Assembly (NCBI GenBank): GCA_020137815.1
Contig: CM035350.1
Location: 3,038,001 to 3,102,000 of the forward strand
Reading direction: 5' to 3'
Length of the DNA stretch: 64,000 nt
From: Hormiphora californensis
Taxonomy: Eukaryota; Animalia; Ctenophora
This document shows positions 37,301 to 49,762 of the stretch, piece after piece (the first letter of the stretch is position 1; every line of letters starts with the position of its first letter). Position numbers and translations under genes: made by a program. The notes under the pieces were generated by a model that saw only the letters and a program-made list of their open reading frames with translations, was not told the DNA's origin and did not search any database.

Positions 37301-40300
37301 ACTCTATAGTAACTGAAAGTTGACATGATCACCTCTCTACTCAGGTTGATGAATCGAGCTCTACCGACTCCTCCAAGCGAACTCCTGTTGCGGCACCTGA
37401 TACCGACTCCAAGCGGCGAAAAACAGAGGAGAATACCTGGGCGAATGTGGCGTCTAAACTGTCCAAGTCGCCATGGCAACCAGCCAAGAGTGCTGACACT
37501 GTCAAACTACCACCCAAGACACCCCTTGCAGCGAGGGCTGCTAAAGCAAAGGCTAAGGGTGGAACTGCAAAACCCGTCAAGGCTGAGCCCGTGAAAGCAG
37601 TAGCTGTAAAGGCAGCTCCTGTGAAGACATATGTAAAGAGGAAATCTATTGGTAAGTTTAAGATAATATGTGATTCTGATAAGTACTAATATTATATTAT
37701 TCTACTAATATTATATTAGTCCCCTATTAGTCATCTCTTTTTCAATCCCTTTCCTATTTTACCATCCCATTTCTTCCTCCAGGTGTGGTAAAGCAAGTAG
37801 TGAAACCGGTAGTAAAGAGGAAGAGTCTTGGGGCACACATTCCACTACGGACACCTGCTAAATCTTCTGTCAAAACACCTGCAAAGAAGACCCCAGCTGC
37901 TAAGAAGACCCCGGCTGCTAAAACGTCTGGTGCTGCTGCCCTTCCCGCGACCCCTGCCTACGCTGTCCAGTCAGCCCTAGCTGGTGTGGTATCCGAGGAG
38001 GCCTTGGAAACCCTCCTCCGAGCTCCCAAGGGGTCCCCTCAAGCTGCGTTGATAACAGGAGCCCTGGTGAAGCGATGTGAGGCGGCTATCCGTGACAGTT
38101 TCACAGAGGATCCCCAGGAGGCCCTGGACATCCCTCTAAAGAAGTGTGAGGAGGTGTTGTGCGATGAGAAGAATGAGATCAGGGCGGAACCCCAACTCGA
38201 GGAGTTGGTTGAGATATTCACCGATGACTTCCAGCCTGACTCCGTGGACCAGCTGTGCAGGTTGATGGATCCCATTGTGATGATGCAGTACGAGACGGAC
38301 CCTGAGTTCGATTATGGATCTGTGTCTGCCCTTCTCAAGGAGACGGAGGCAGGGCCTGCCGTGGATTCATCCGCAGTGAGGAACATGCTGAATGGCAATA
38401 AGAAACAATCACGGAAATCTGAGGTGGATGCAGTGGCGCTGATCAGATTGTTTGCTAACCCCAAGGTATTCAAACGGAAATCAGCTGTAGTTGACGGGGA
38501 TGCCCTCAACAACTTGTTCGATGATGCCATGGAAACTGAAGATTTCGAGATGTTATACCGTGAGGCAGATGACGATGGCAACATTGTAGATGCGGAGCAG
38601 GCTAAGAAAGTGATCAGGAAGTCACTGCTGAAGGACAGCATTGTCCCGGAGGATCTTTGCAGAGTGTTCCAGTGGCCAGACTGCAGCAGCTCAGAGGGGG
38701 AGGAGAGCGATACTGAGAATGAGGAGGAGGAAAGGGAACAGGATGTTAAGGTTGATACCCTCTGTGCCGCCATTCAACCAATGATCCGTAAACGATGGTC
38801 CGAGAACTCTAACTTCGATTTCGGGGAGTTGGAACATGTTATCAAGTTTAACGAGGGAGAGCCTGAGGTTGACAGATTCGCTCTGAGGAGGTCCTTCAAG
38901 ACACCTGGTTCCAAGAGCAAGCGATCTACTGATATCGATCCTGCCTCCATCATCAAGCTCATCCTGAAACCCGAAGTGGCTGCTAAGATAACTGCAGAGG
39001 CGGTTATTGATGGAGTGGCATTGAGGAACTTGTTCCGGACCCCAAAGAAACCTAGAGAGCCTGTTGAAGAAGTGGATCCTGAAGGTATGACTGAACTCTT
39101 CAAACCTGATGAATCTGTATTTGAGGAGACCGAAGAGTCTGTAACACCTGAATCTGAAGAGTCGGTAGTAGGTTTGGAGACGGAAGCAGCTGAAGAAGTT
39201 CCAGTTGTTCCTGAGCAGGCCTCAGTCCCTGCTCCTGAAGATGAGGTTGTCCCTGCTCCTGAAGATGAGGTTGTCCCTGCTCCTGAGGATGAGGTTGTCC
39301 CTGCTCCTGAAGATGAGGTTGTCCCTGCTCCAGAAGAAGAGGTTGTCCCTGCTCCTGAAGATGAGGTTGTCCCTGCTCCTGAAGATGAGGTTGTCCCTGC
39401 TCCTGAAGATGAGGTTGTCCCTGCTCCTGAAGATGAGGTTGTCCCTGCTCCTGAAGATGAGGTTGTCCCTGCTCCTGAAGATGAGGTTGTCCCTGCTCCT
39501 GAAGATGAGGTTGTCCCTGCTCCTGAGGATGAGGCTGTCCCTGCTCCTGAAGATGAGGTTGTCCCTGCTTCTGATGTCAGTGAGCCAACACGCAGCGAGG
39601 AAGCCGAGGCAGAAGTAGCCGAGCAGCCTGAATCAGTAGAAACACCAGAAGTAGTTGCTGAGGAACCGATGATTGAAGAGGATGAGATTTACCAGGCGTT
39701 GGAGCCCAAGTCTCTAAGCAGTGTCCTGCAGGGCCAGTCCAGACGGCGAAGCAGCACGATCGCGGCTGATGTTTGCCGGTTGTTTGTTGAGGAGGGTAGT
39801 GTAGCTGAAGCAGTGATTAACGAGTTTACCGAGACAGTCCGTTCCACTCGATCTACCCGCCGTACTAGGAGAACTGTGAGTGAGGAGGAGGTGGAGGAGC
39901 TTGAACCTGCCCCTGTGAAAACACCAGGGAGACGAGGACGACCTGCCAAGGCCAAGGTTGTAACAGAGAATGAAGAACCAGCTCCTGCAAAGACCCCTGG
40001 TAGGCGAGGTCGACCTGCCAAGGCCAAGGTTGTAACAGAGAATGAAGAACCAGCTCCTGTTAAGACCCCTGGTAGGCGAGGAAGAAAGGCTAACATTGTT
40101 GAACCCGAGCCAGAAAGTGAACCTGAGCCTGCTCCTGCAAAGACCCCTGGTAGGCGAGGACGGAAAGCGAAAATTGTAGAGCCGGAAACAGAGACAGAAC
40201 CTGAGCCAGCTCCTACGAAAGCACCAGCAAAGCGAGGACGAAAAGCGAAAATAGTAGAGCCGGAAACAGAGCCCGAACCTGAGCCCGCTCCCTCAAAAAC

Positions 40301-41372
40301 CCCAGCAAAGCGAGGACGAAAAGCTAAGATTGTAGAACCAGAGACAGAGACAGAGGCAGCACCCGCGCCCGCCAAGACACCTGCAAAGCGAGGGCGAAAG
40401 GCCAAGGTTGTGGAAGAGCCTGAGGTGGAGCCAGAGCCCGTACCTGTAAAAACTCCCGGGCGGAGGGGCCGAAAACCAAAAATCGTCGAGCCAGAGGTTG
40501 AAGCTGAGGTAGCTCCTTCAAAGACACCCGCCAAACGAGGAAGGAGGGCGAAGGTGTCTGAATCTGAAACTGAAACTGAGCCAGCAGCCACTAAAACCCC
40601 AGCAAGACGTGGAAGAAAACCCAAGGTTGAAGAACCAGAACCTGCCAAACCAGCTCCTGCCCGAAGAGGTCGAAAGGTGGTAGAGGCGGAACCCGTTGTT
40701 GCTGAACCTGTACCCACAAAAGCTCCTACTCGACGGGGGAGAAAGGCAGCTGATCCTGTACCAGAGGAGCCTGTTGTAGAGTTGGTAGAAGAACCAGTTA
40801 TAGAGGAGCCAGTTAAAAAGGGAAGGGGAAGGTCTAAGAAGGTTGTCGAGGAAGAAACTCCTGTTCAAACCGAGGTAGAAGAACCCGTCAAAAGAAGGGG
40901 AGGGAGGAGGAAGGTTTCTGCTGAGGAAGAGGTGAAAGAAGAGGAGCCTGCAAAACCAAAAAGGGGAGGAAGAAGGAAAGCAGAGCCTGAGCAGCAGCCT
41001 GAGGCAGAACCTGAGAAGCCCGCGAGAAGGGGTCGAGCCAAGAAAGCTGAAGAATCTGAAGAGGTAGCTGCTGCTGCTGCCCCTGTCAAGAGAGGAAGGA
41101 AAGCTGCAAAGAGGAAGGTGGATGAACTGGCTGATGTAAAGGCTGCCCTTGCCACGATAGAGAGTGATGAAGAGTCAACAGAACCTGCCAAGAAACCTCC
41201 TGCGAAGGGAAGGAAGGGTGCTGCAAAGAAGAAACCAGTTATAGTGGTGGAGAAGCAGGAAATAGAAGAGAGTCCTCCGACTGTTAAGAAACCCCGGCTA
41301 TCAACAATCAAGGAGACTGAAGAGAAAACTCCAAAACCAACGAGATCGACACGATCAACGCGAAAGCGATGA
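34325..41372 (+). CDS. MKI67: Ki-67-like proliferation protein (FHA, PP1-binding domain, repeats, basic tail)
   Basis: Exons 34325-~34412, 34552-34630 and 34909-~35066 give MADHIIRIIKRGGADG...FGTDAKCDIRVRIP...VFVNG...GDVFTIIDRSFRYE (Ki-67-type FHA). Also RRKSVRFGPSLTPEMYDKALPANTPVRKGG, TWANV, LFRTPK/SFKTP motifs and KTPGRRGRK repeats. The junction 35066-35353 is not resolved. Confidence 0.82.
39227..39568 (+). repeat. Coding 24-bp tandem repeat, ~14 x PAPEDEVV
   Basis: CCTGCTCCTGAAGATGAGGTTGTC units in frame in the last Ki-67-like exon. Confidence 0.95.
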
Positions 41373-42345
41373 GAGATAGAAACAATAAATAGACTGAATT
41401 GTTAATCTGATAATCTGAGCTGAAATTAACTGAGCCCGAAAGAGACAAGTCGTGTGGTAGGTGACAATGATTAAGACAGGAGTTCAGGTTTTTATCTGTT
41501 ATTTGCCCAGCGTGAAAGAATGAAACTGTCTGTTATCTGTGTTCTGTTGGTAGTCAACCCTGGCCAGAGTGTTTTTAAACTAATTATATTATTTAATTGG
41601 TTTCTATATTCTACATCCAAATAAGTAGTATTTTCAATTTGAATCCAAAATTTAACGAATAAAATTAAAATGTAAAAATTTGACCATAATTGGCACGCGC
41701 AAAAAATTTTCGCGCATATTGTCATGACGCGCGGCGCCGCACGAGCAAAATTGAAGTTTATCGGGCAGCTTTGACTGTCAACATGGGGTCGTCACGCTAT
41801 CGGCCCTCGGGTGAGGATACAGTTATAAACCGGATTCTGCCTCCGTGTACCAGGTTCCTATCTGGCGGTGCCAAACCCCGATCTGATTCTCAAATTGACA
41901 ATGCGCTTAAATGGGGATTGGGTCAGAGGGTCATCATCTTGGCTTTTGAGATGTTGGGTAGAGATGAGGGTAAAGAGAATTGGCCGAGTATGGGTCAGGA
42001 GAAACGAATCGTGTGACGTGCACGCCAAACGAAACGAATGAAAACACAGCTAACGCAGCGTACCCAATAAGAACAATGAACATTTGAAAGTGGTGATATA
42101 CTGTTGAAAAATGCAACCTGTGTAAATGTAATGGATTGTCTAATCTTAATATGCTCAATGTTCAAACCTCTTGTGTGATAATGTGATAACGATATGCTAT
42201 TTATAACTTAATACCGTTTTTTGGGTAAATATTAGGTTTTAATTTACATCCTTTTTGTGGTGAAAAATTTTTTAATTAATTTATTATACCGACTAATCCT
42301 GACAGTGTTTGTATGTGTGTGGCGTGTGTAGGCGTTGATTTTGGT

Positions 42346-42540
<195 letters not shown>

Positions 42541-42619
42541 AAGTTATAGTTAGTTAACTTATTAAACTATTTCTAACTTAATAATTAATTAACTTAGTTA
42601 GTTATTTTTACTGTTAAAT

Positions 42620-42841
42620 CTACCCATTGTCTTCTACCCAGATAGTTATTAGATCATTGTTTCCGTGCCTACTGTCCATCTCAGTCGCAAGCCCGCTTTA
42701 GGTAACTGCTGAAGCTCTAAGCCTCTCAGCCTTGTAGGATATATATGACTTATTTGTATATGTCTGTAGTGTGAGAGCGGGACGAGTCACTTATATGACT
42801 CTAATATAAATATTGAAGTTCATTTTCATTTTCATTTTCAT
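42620..42841 (+). mobile_element. Possible truncated LINE/SINE 3' end with (CATTT)n tail
   Basis: Hairpin GAGTCA-CTTATA-TGACTC followed by TTCATTTTCATTTTCATTTTCA. No TSD identified. Confidence 0.35.
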
Positions 42842-42864
42842 TAATTAATCGATGGGCAAAAGCA

Positions 42865-42905
42865 TTTCAAACTTTTCAACACTACTTTAAACAAATTAAT
42901 TTGAG
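42865..42905 (+). other. Genomic copy of a spliced-leader-like sequence TTTCAAACTTTTCAACACTACTTTAAACAAATTAATTTGAG (retroposed relic, not an SL RNA gene)
   Basis: Matches my recollection of the pleurobrachiid ctenophore SL. It is followed by CAGG rather than a GT donor, and its last 10 nt equal the TSD-defined 5' end of copy 1. Confidence 0.75.
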
Positions 42906-42961
42906 CAGGAAGATGAATCCGATGTAACAGCCCCGAAGGGCAGAAAAACAAAACGTTGATA

Positions 42962-43918
42962 ATGTCGGAAGCGAAGTACGAGGGCGATAACCCTATGATA
43001 AAACGATTAGAAGAGACGGTGGATGACTTTGTTTCTGAAGTTTACCTGTTGAATTCGGACAACACGACGAGCATCACACCAGATGAGTTTACTCAATGTT
43101 ATAGATCGATTCAAGCTGCACCAGATTCAATGTTAACCAACGACAGCTTAGCTTCGCCTAGCAAGCACTGGGGTTCGTACTTTAGACATTGTCTCAAGGA
43201 CCGAACTACGAGTGAAACAATCGAGGCTACTTCGCGTATTTTTCTCTCCAGTATGAAACTTGCCCGAGCAACAATGAACAATTTTGAAACGGTTATCAGT
43301 GTGGAAAACCTCGAGAAACAGCTGCGTGAATGTAAAGAAGAACTTGACCGCCATCGGGTTAACGTAATCGAGCTTCAGCAAACGGTTATCAACCACCAGA
43401 AGCAACAACTCAGTACAGTGACAGCATCGGTACAGAAGGTGAAAGCCTACTCTACTGTGCTAGCACAGAATTGTGCTGCAACCTCCCCCAAAGTGGGAAA
43501 ACCACTACCAGTGAATCATCCTACTCCCGTCCAACAGCCCGGAAGAGAGAAGAACCTGGTTGTGTTTGGTCTCCCAGAAACAACAGATAGAGTAGCTAAA
43601 ACTACTTTAGACGAACTTTTTGAGGAATTAAATGAGAAACCGAAAGTGACTACGATGAAACGCATCGGCGAAAGAAATGAGAAGCGCCCTAGACCGCTCT
43701 TAGTATCCCTGGAGAAGAGAGCGACTCTCCTCGCACTCCTCAGACAGGCACGAAACCTCAAAGACTCCAAACAGTTTTCGGCTGTTTATCTCTCTCCGGA
43801 TCTTACGCCCTCTGAACTGAAAGAGCAAAAAGCTCTAAGGTCCACTTTGAAGCGGATACGATCAGAAGATCCTGACGGCTGCTACTTCATCCGTAATAAT
43901 CTTATCCAAGTGGGATAG
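42962..43918 (+). CDS. LINE ORF1p-like protein, divergent homolog of 25884-26951
   Basis: KEELDRHRV, YSTVLAQNC, NLVVFGLPETT, FEELNEKP, KRIG, RPLLVSL and VYLSPDLTP all align by eye with copy 1. Confidence 0.85.
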   Translation: MSEAKYEGDNPMIKRLEETVDDFVSEVYLLNSDNTTSITPDEFTQCYRSIQAAPDSMLTNDSLASPSKHWGSYFRHCLKDRTTSETIEATSRIFLSSMKLARATMNNFETVISVENLEKQLRECKEELDRHRVNVIELQQTVINHQKQQLSTVTASVQKVKAYSTVLAQNCAATSPKVGKPLPVNHPTPVQQPGREKNLVVFGLPETTDRVAKTTLDELFEELNEKPKVTTMKRIGERNEKRPRPLLVSLEKRATLLALLRQARNLKDSKQFSAVYLSPDLTPSELKEQKALRSTLKRIRSEDPDGCYFIRNNLIQVG

Positions 43919-44324
43919 TTCCCCACTAACTCACCGTTATCAGAGAACCGTGCTAGGAGCAGGCAGTCTACTGCAGTCCCTTTCAAATTAAGGAAAACGA
44001 GTTGTCTGTATACAAACTGTGTCAGTGCGGGATATAAACTGTTACTATTATTATTATTATTATTATTATTAATGATTTCACTGTTGTTAACATGTCCACT
44101 CACGATTGAGCGGGCTGCAAGACAACCCGTGGTAGGGTCTGACGGTCATCAACGCCGAAATAGAGAACAACGTGTTTCTGAATGTGCTTTTAAATACGAA
44201 TCCAACGCAACCGGAATTAGCTTTCTATCTTGTCGGGAAGTATCGCCCCCAAAAACGGGTCCCGTGGCAATTTCAGTTTTTGGGGGAACAGTTGAAAAAA
44301 GGACTTTATGGTCTTGGGCTTGCT

Positions 44325-45150
44325 ATAAAGTGACCATCGAGCTCTTTCCTTGTTTTGTTCCGGGGCGCGGGAAAGGAGGGTCGAACAAGACAACTAGTTT
44401 TCCAAGGAACATGAGAATTGGGAGGGCCCCGGCCACCTGCCTCTCTTTCTCTCAGAGGAAGTGAGAAAAAGAAAAAGTGCTTTTGTTAGTGCCTTTGTTA
44501 GTGCCTTTATTAGTGGTCGGGCTTTCCTAACAGTACCTGCTTAGTGCTTATTTAACGTTGAACTATAATCTTGTAATTTGATCCAAAACTTTCCTAAATC
44601 GTGCTCTTTTAATTTTCACTTTTTGAGTAACGGGTGGAAACTCATATTTCTTGGTGGTGGCCGGGGCCTACCGAGTACCGATTCTCATGATCCTTGGAAA
44701 GAGCTCGATGGTCACTTTATAACAGGCCCAAGATCATGCGGATTGGTTAAAACTTGACCTTAAAGTTTAAAACAAAAATTGTCTACTACTACTACGTCTG
44801 GACTACGTATGAAAAACGTCAGGACGTAATCTAAAAATCCCGCCATCCCATTGCGTCCCATTGCGTCTAAACGCCAATTTTTAAACCAGGAATTTACTGA
44901 AACGTAACGTTCATAGTGCGTTTTCAATTACGTTTTTAGTACGTCTGCAAGGCGTCTGTAGGGTGTATGTAGGGCGTCTGGACTACACACTTTCGCACCG
45001 ACGTAGTTTGGAAGTATTTTTTACTCTGTAGTACATATGTCTGTACATGTAGTACGTCTCAGGCGATTGCGTCCCAAAGCATTACGTCTGGACTACGACT
45101 AGACTACGTCGGGACGTAGTTTTCCGCAAATGTGTTTTTGCCGGGAAGAC
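44325..45150. mobile_element. Degenerate MITE-like inverted repeats and GACTACGTC-rich subterminal repeats
   Basis: ATAAAGTGACCATCGAGCTCTTTCC (~44325) mirrors GGAAAGAGCTCGATGGTCACTTTAT (~44696-44720). Repeated ACGTCTGGACTAC motifs at 44790-45120. Confidence 0.55.
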
Positions 45151-45667
45151 CTATCGTGTAATGCTCAAACTTGTATTGTAAACTACCTATGGTTCCGCCT
45201 GCTCTGCAAAGAAATCTAAAATGTAGAAACGGAAATTATTACTGTACGTGTGATCATTTGATTTGTCCAGCCTCATTAGAAATGCTATGTTTGTCAATTT
45301 AAGAACAAATTTATATTTTGGTCTGCTCCATGTTCAACAGAAATTATAACCATTTCCATCCCATAATTAGAATGTTTAAGTTATAGTACGTTCGACAGAT
45401 GAAATTTCTCCTCAGCGTTTTTATCCTTTGTTTATTTCACGAGCTCTCCGGAACACCATGTAAAATACATTTAGAGGTGAGATCAAAAGTAGACAGCTGA
45501 CAGTTCTTATTTACATACCAAGCCATATGTCTACCAAATTTTTGCCTTGCTCGATTGATCGACCCTCTTTCCGTGTGCTTTACAAATGTAAAGGAGTGTT
45601 AGAACATAACAGCCATATGTCCATCCATAACAAATCATATTTGATTGAAGTAACACTTCCTTCACAG

Positions 45668-48600
45668 ACACACACACAGTCAAACATCGCTGGGGACCTC
45701 TCCTGCTATGGAGATGATGCTAAGGGCTCCGGAGTCCATGGAATTGAGCTGCTTTTCAACATCCAACAGGCCCCCAACCTGACCGGTCCCTCTCTTACTC
45801 TCAGTTCACCGTGAGTTAAATATCTGTGTACACGAAAATACAGCTGCACCTAACAATATGACGAGTAAATTACTCACAGAAATGTGTATAAATCACTCTA
45901 CATCGTCTGTGATTACGTGACTACCTATCTATCTGTGTAACTAACTCCTCCCCCTATTTTACTCTGTAACTACGTCCCCCCCCCCTATTTGGCAGGTTAG
46001 AGGGGAAGCTGGCCGAGTTTTACTGGGATGGCCACACAGTGACGCCCACCCTGTACGGCTATGATAACCACTCTACCCACCACACCGACCTCTTCCAGGA
46101 CAGTGACCAGTATCGGATCCTCCCTGCTCTCTCCACTCTGCTGGGGGAGGATTATAACGTGACAGCCCGGTCCTGGCCGATCAGTATTGTGCTATACCGG
46201 CTAGCACTAGCTGCTGAGAATAGACACGGGACGGATGCTGCAATGGAGCAACACATTGCTTCTCAGTCCCCTGTCAGACAGGTATTAGTGCCAGTATTAC
46301 GTCATAATATAGTTTTGGGAATATTGTACTGAGTGGTTGATAAATAAACAACTTGAATATGAATGCACTTGTATATAACCCATCTCTATACTATGCAAAC
46401 ATCATGGAAATGATATATGCTCCTTTCTTTTCAGAAGCGAGGTGTGTTGTCCCACAGTAAGAGATCAATAGAGAAGGTAGGGAATTATAGTGCTGCTTAC
46501 CACATAGTGTTTACCACACTGCACACGTGGCTTAACCAGTTGTTTTATTGCCTTGTTCAACCCTCCTTATACTTATATCGATCAGTTTCCGAGTCAGCAT
46601 GTCTACTATAATACTCTGACCTTATAATGTTGTTTCATCGCACCCCGTACCTGTTTTACAAATGTAAAGGAGTGTTAGAACACAACATCTCCGGCCCTTT
46701 TTTGGGTGGTGTAGTATAGAAAAACTCCACATTACTATTTTTATTTTTACTAGTATTATTATACTGTTTATTGAGGTAATGAAATAAAAAGTGACATCCT
46801 ATAACATCACACATATATCACTTCACAGCTCAGATTGAAGGGCCGGGGATCATGACTATGAGATACTACAAGTTGATCTATTGTTGTGCCATATCACTTA
46901 TCCTACTTCTAGTCACAAAACAACGCCATTCCATCAATCTCTCAGACAGTGGCTGGCAAGAATCGTCCGGGTCGAGCCGTCCAACAACTCTAAGACCAGA
47001 TGTTACAGCCGACTACGAGAACGAGGATCTAGTGGGTTTCTCTGATGGCGAGGATGATCATAAGGAGAATTGGCCCACAGAAGAGAGAAACCTGGAGGAA
47101 ATTTCAGAAGAAAGATACCCCGAGGTTCATTCTAGGGTGCAAGCTCGAATGTCCTACAGTAGGGAAGTGTGTGAAAGAGAGAAACCTGTATCCTCGAAAG
47201 GCTACCACATGTACCATTTTGAGAAGTTTGGAATAACATGGTTGCCCGTTTTTAAATCCTCCAGCACAACTTGGAAGATATTCTTCATTGACGAGATTTG
47301 TGGCCCGGATGCGAATTATAAGGGAAACCATGCCAGTTTTAATTTGCTATTTCCAAACAGACTATACGAAAAGGACCAGTTAAAACCTTCTAACAAGACC
47401 GGTCCGAGAAAGCGACAGTGGGCAGTGGAGCCAGCTAGTAGTATCAGATTTACCATTATCAGACACCCCTTATCTCGGTTGGTATCCCACTATCGCAAGA
47501 CGATGGTGAGTGAGAAGGATCAGGCAGAGTTTAAAGACCAATGGATAATACCTGCCGTGGTTCATGCTAGGAAGAAAACATCATGGACAGCAGCTCAGAA
47601 ATTGAAGTACAGGGGCGAGTTAGATAGAATGTTGACAGGGGCGCTAAAACCAGATCCAAACACAACCAACCCTTATCTTTCTCTGCCGACATTTCCCGAG
47701 TTCATTGAGTTTATTTTTTACGCACGTGCACACCACGATTGGAGGGGCACCAACGAACACTGGAAACCTAATTTCGCCCGAACTGATGTGTGTTATAACG
47801 ATTTGGATATCATTATCAAACTAGAAAACGAACAAGATGAACTTCCATACTTGTTGGATAAGCTGAATATGACACAGTTTACGGACAGGTTAATGAACAC
47901 CAAACAAAACCCTTCGGGGGCTTCAACTGTTGAGAATGCAGAAGTATTGAAACACTTAGAACAGTTGAACAGAGCGCAACAGGAGAATCTGAATAGTATT
48001 TACGCTTTTGATTATGAGATCTTCAAATATGAGCCAATATTTAGTTTTAGTGGAACTAAAGCTAAATTTTAGCTTTAGACCTAGGTTTTTTTTGAAATTT
48101 TCGTCCCGTTTTTATAAACAAAGAGCGCTGAGACAGTACGAACAATTCACGGTTTTTTGAATTTGGTGATGAGTCCATAATACCAGTCAATATTAAAGTG
48201 AGAGTGGACCGACATAGAATTGGACAAGATTGTTGTAGGTAGTAGAGAATAGTTCTCTGAGATAGTTCTCTGAGATATTTTTGTTACAATGGGAGAATGA
48301 CGTCACCAATCTATCTCTTGTATTATGTCCAATGTGCTGCCTACAGAGAGAATACAGAGAAAGATTGGTGACGTCATTCTCCCATTGTAACAAAAATATC
48401 TCAGTATAATGGAGGAAAAGGCAAAATGCTCACAGAACTATTCTCTACTACTTACAACACTCTTGTTCAATTCTGTGTCGGTCCACTCTCACTTTATGTG
48501 GTAATGTCGTTTTACTTCTTCGGCCATACACCACCTATTTATGCAGTAAGCTCCACAGTGGGAGGTCTTGTCTTGTTTGACCCTCTCCGCGCCACGTGGC

Positions 48601-49087
48601 GGCAAGAGAGAGGTTATAACAAAACAAGGGAGTTCATTAGAGAAGGTGCTCTTCCACTGGCCCACACTGCACACGTGGACTTCTTTTATTCTATGGAGCA
48701 TGTATTATTTTAGATGCTCTGCTTTATAACCGCGATATTAATGTTATACATTTCTTATTTTAATCCATCATTACCAAGCGTTCGTTATGACTTTTTCCTC
48801 TCTCACTCTCCTCTCCCTCCCGCTCTCTCTAAAGGGAGAGACCAGCTCTCTTCCTATTTTTTTCTTTCCCACCATTACCCCTTGTATAGTAGTGACATTA
48901 TGTCTGTTATAGGAACCAAGACATGCAGAGCTGGTAACAGACCCGCACAGAACAGATCTCAGATCTACAGATGCCCCCTTTCAGAAAGAGTGCCATAGCC
49001 CCGGTGGGACGTGTGACGCAAGAACAGAGCTGGAGGACGATTCACATTGCACCGATCATGGTGAACATCTCAATGAGGTGGATGTAG
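45668..49087 (+). CDS. Uncharacterised spliced gene; exons ~45668-45810, 45996-46280, 46435-46476 and possibly 48913-49087
   Basis: Canonical splice sites join ...LTLSSP|LEGKLAEFYWDG...SPVRQ|KRGVLSHSKRSIEK|EPRHAELV... in frame. Start not found, no family recognised, and the last junction is uncertain. Confidence 0.4.
46852..48072 (+). CDS. Golgi carbohydrate sulfotransferase (Sulfotransfer_2, HNK-1ST/CHST8-14 family), intronless, 406 aa
   Basis: Type II TM N-terminus; 5'-PSB WLPVFKSSSTTWK; 3'-PB FTIIRHPLSRLVSHY; NEHWKP; C-terminal IYAFDYEIFKY. Confidence 0.88.
   Translation: MTMRYYKLIYCCAISLILLLVTKQRHSINLSDSGWQESSGSSRPTTLRPDVTADYENEDLVGFSDGEDDHKENWPTEERNLEEISEERYPEVHSRVQARMSYSREVCEREKPVSSKGYHMYHFEKFGITWLPVFKSSSTTWKIFFIDEICGPDANYKGNHASFNLLFPNRLYEKDQLKPSNKTGPRKRQWAVEPASSIRFTIIRHPLSRLVSHYRKTMVSEKDQAEFKDQWIIPAVVHARKKTSWTAAQKLKYRGELDRMLTGALKPDPNTTNPYLSLPTFPEFIEFIFYARAHHDWRGTNEHWKPNFARTDVCYNDLDIIIKLENEQDELPYLLDKLNMTQFTDRLMNTKQNPSGASTVENAEVLKHLEQLNRAQQENLNSIYAFDYEIFKYEPIFSFSGTKAKF
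48196..48494. mobile_element. ~300-bp palindromic MITE
   Basis: AGTGAGAGTGGACCGACA...TGTCGGTCCACTCTCACT arms. Inner stem TTTTGTTACAATGGGAGAATGACGTCACCAATCT. Confidence 0.8.
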
Positions 49088-49409
49088 AGGTAATATTACA
49101 TTCCATCTCTGCAGTTGCTTACATTGTGCCTCACGCAATCACGTTCTGTATTCAACATAATAATGCAATTTTATATCCATTCTGATTGTTATACAAACAA
49201 ACCCACAAAATTATACTTCCTTTGGTGGGACCTTCAATCTTCATACAATGCAAGAGGAACTTTCTATATTATGGGGTTATGATGATAGTAACAGTAGTTG
49301 GTGTGTAGGTATATCTCTACAAAGACCAGTAGTTGTTCGGGACAGCTGATATTGGGAAAAGAAAGAGAAAGGGAGAGTTGGGGGAACACGGAAGTCAGAA
49401 CTTATAGAG

Positions 49410-49483
<74 letters not shown>

Positions 49484-49762
49484 TATCATAAAGCACTGAT
49501 TACTATTTACACAAGTCCCTGGTGGATGACGTGTGTCTAATATGCCTGCTTGGATATGTGTCACACACTCTCCGTACAGCTACTGTACTACCGTTTGTCG
49601 GTGTGTCTGTGTGTCTGTGTATGTTCCTTTGTGTGACTATTATATGAGAGTGCCATTGTCTCCAAAATTGTACACGCTGTTGTACGTTGTGACGTGTACT
49701 GTCCCTCCCAAGCCCCATGTAGACGTTAGGGTAGACAATGGTACACTGCTTGGCTTGTACAT

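Larger units (their letters stand above)
42865..44072 (+). mobile_element. ORF1-only retroelement copy 2 with near full-length SL and (TTA)n tail
   Basis: SL, short UTR, single ORF, ~120-nt 3' UTR and tail at 44042-44072. No TSD found. Confidence 0.75.

Noticed and set aside
35100-41311. Long antisense ORFs opposite the Ki-67-like gene
   Set aside because: Shadow ORFs of biased, repetitive coding sequence.
42865-42905. SL RNA gene
   Set aside because: The leader is followed by CAGG, not a GT donor and Sm-site intron, and leads straight into an ORF; it fits a retroposed spliced product.
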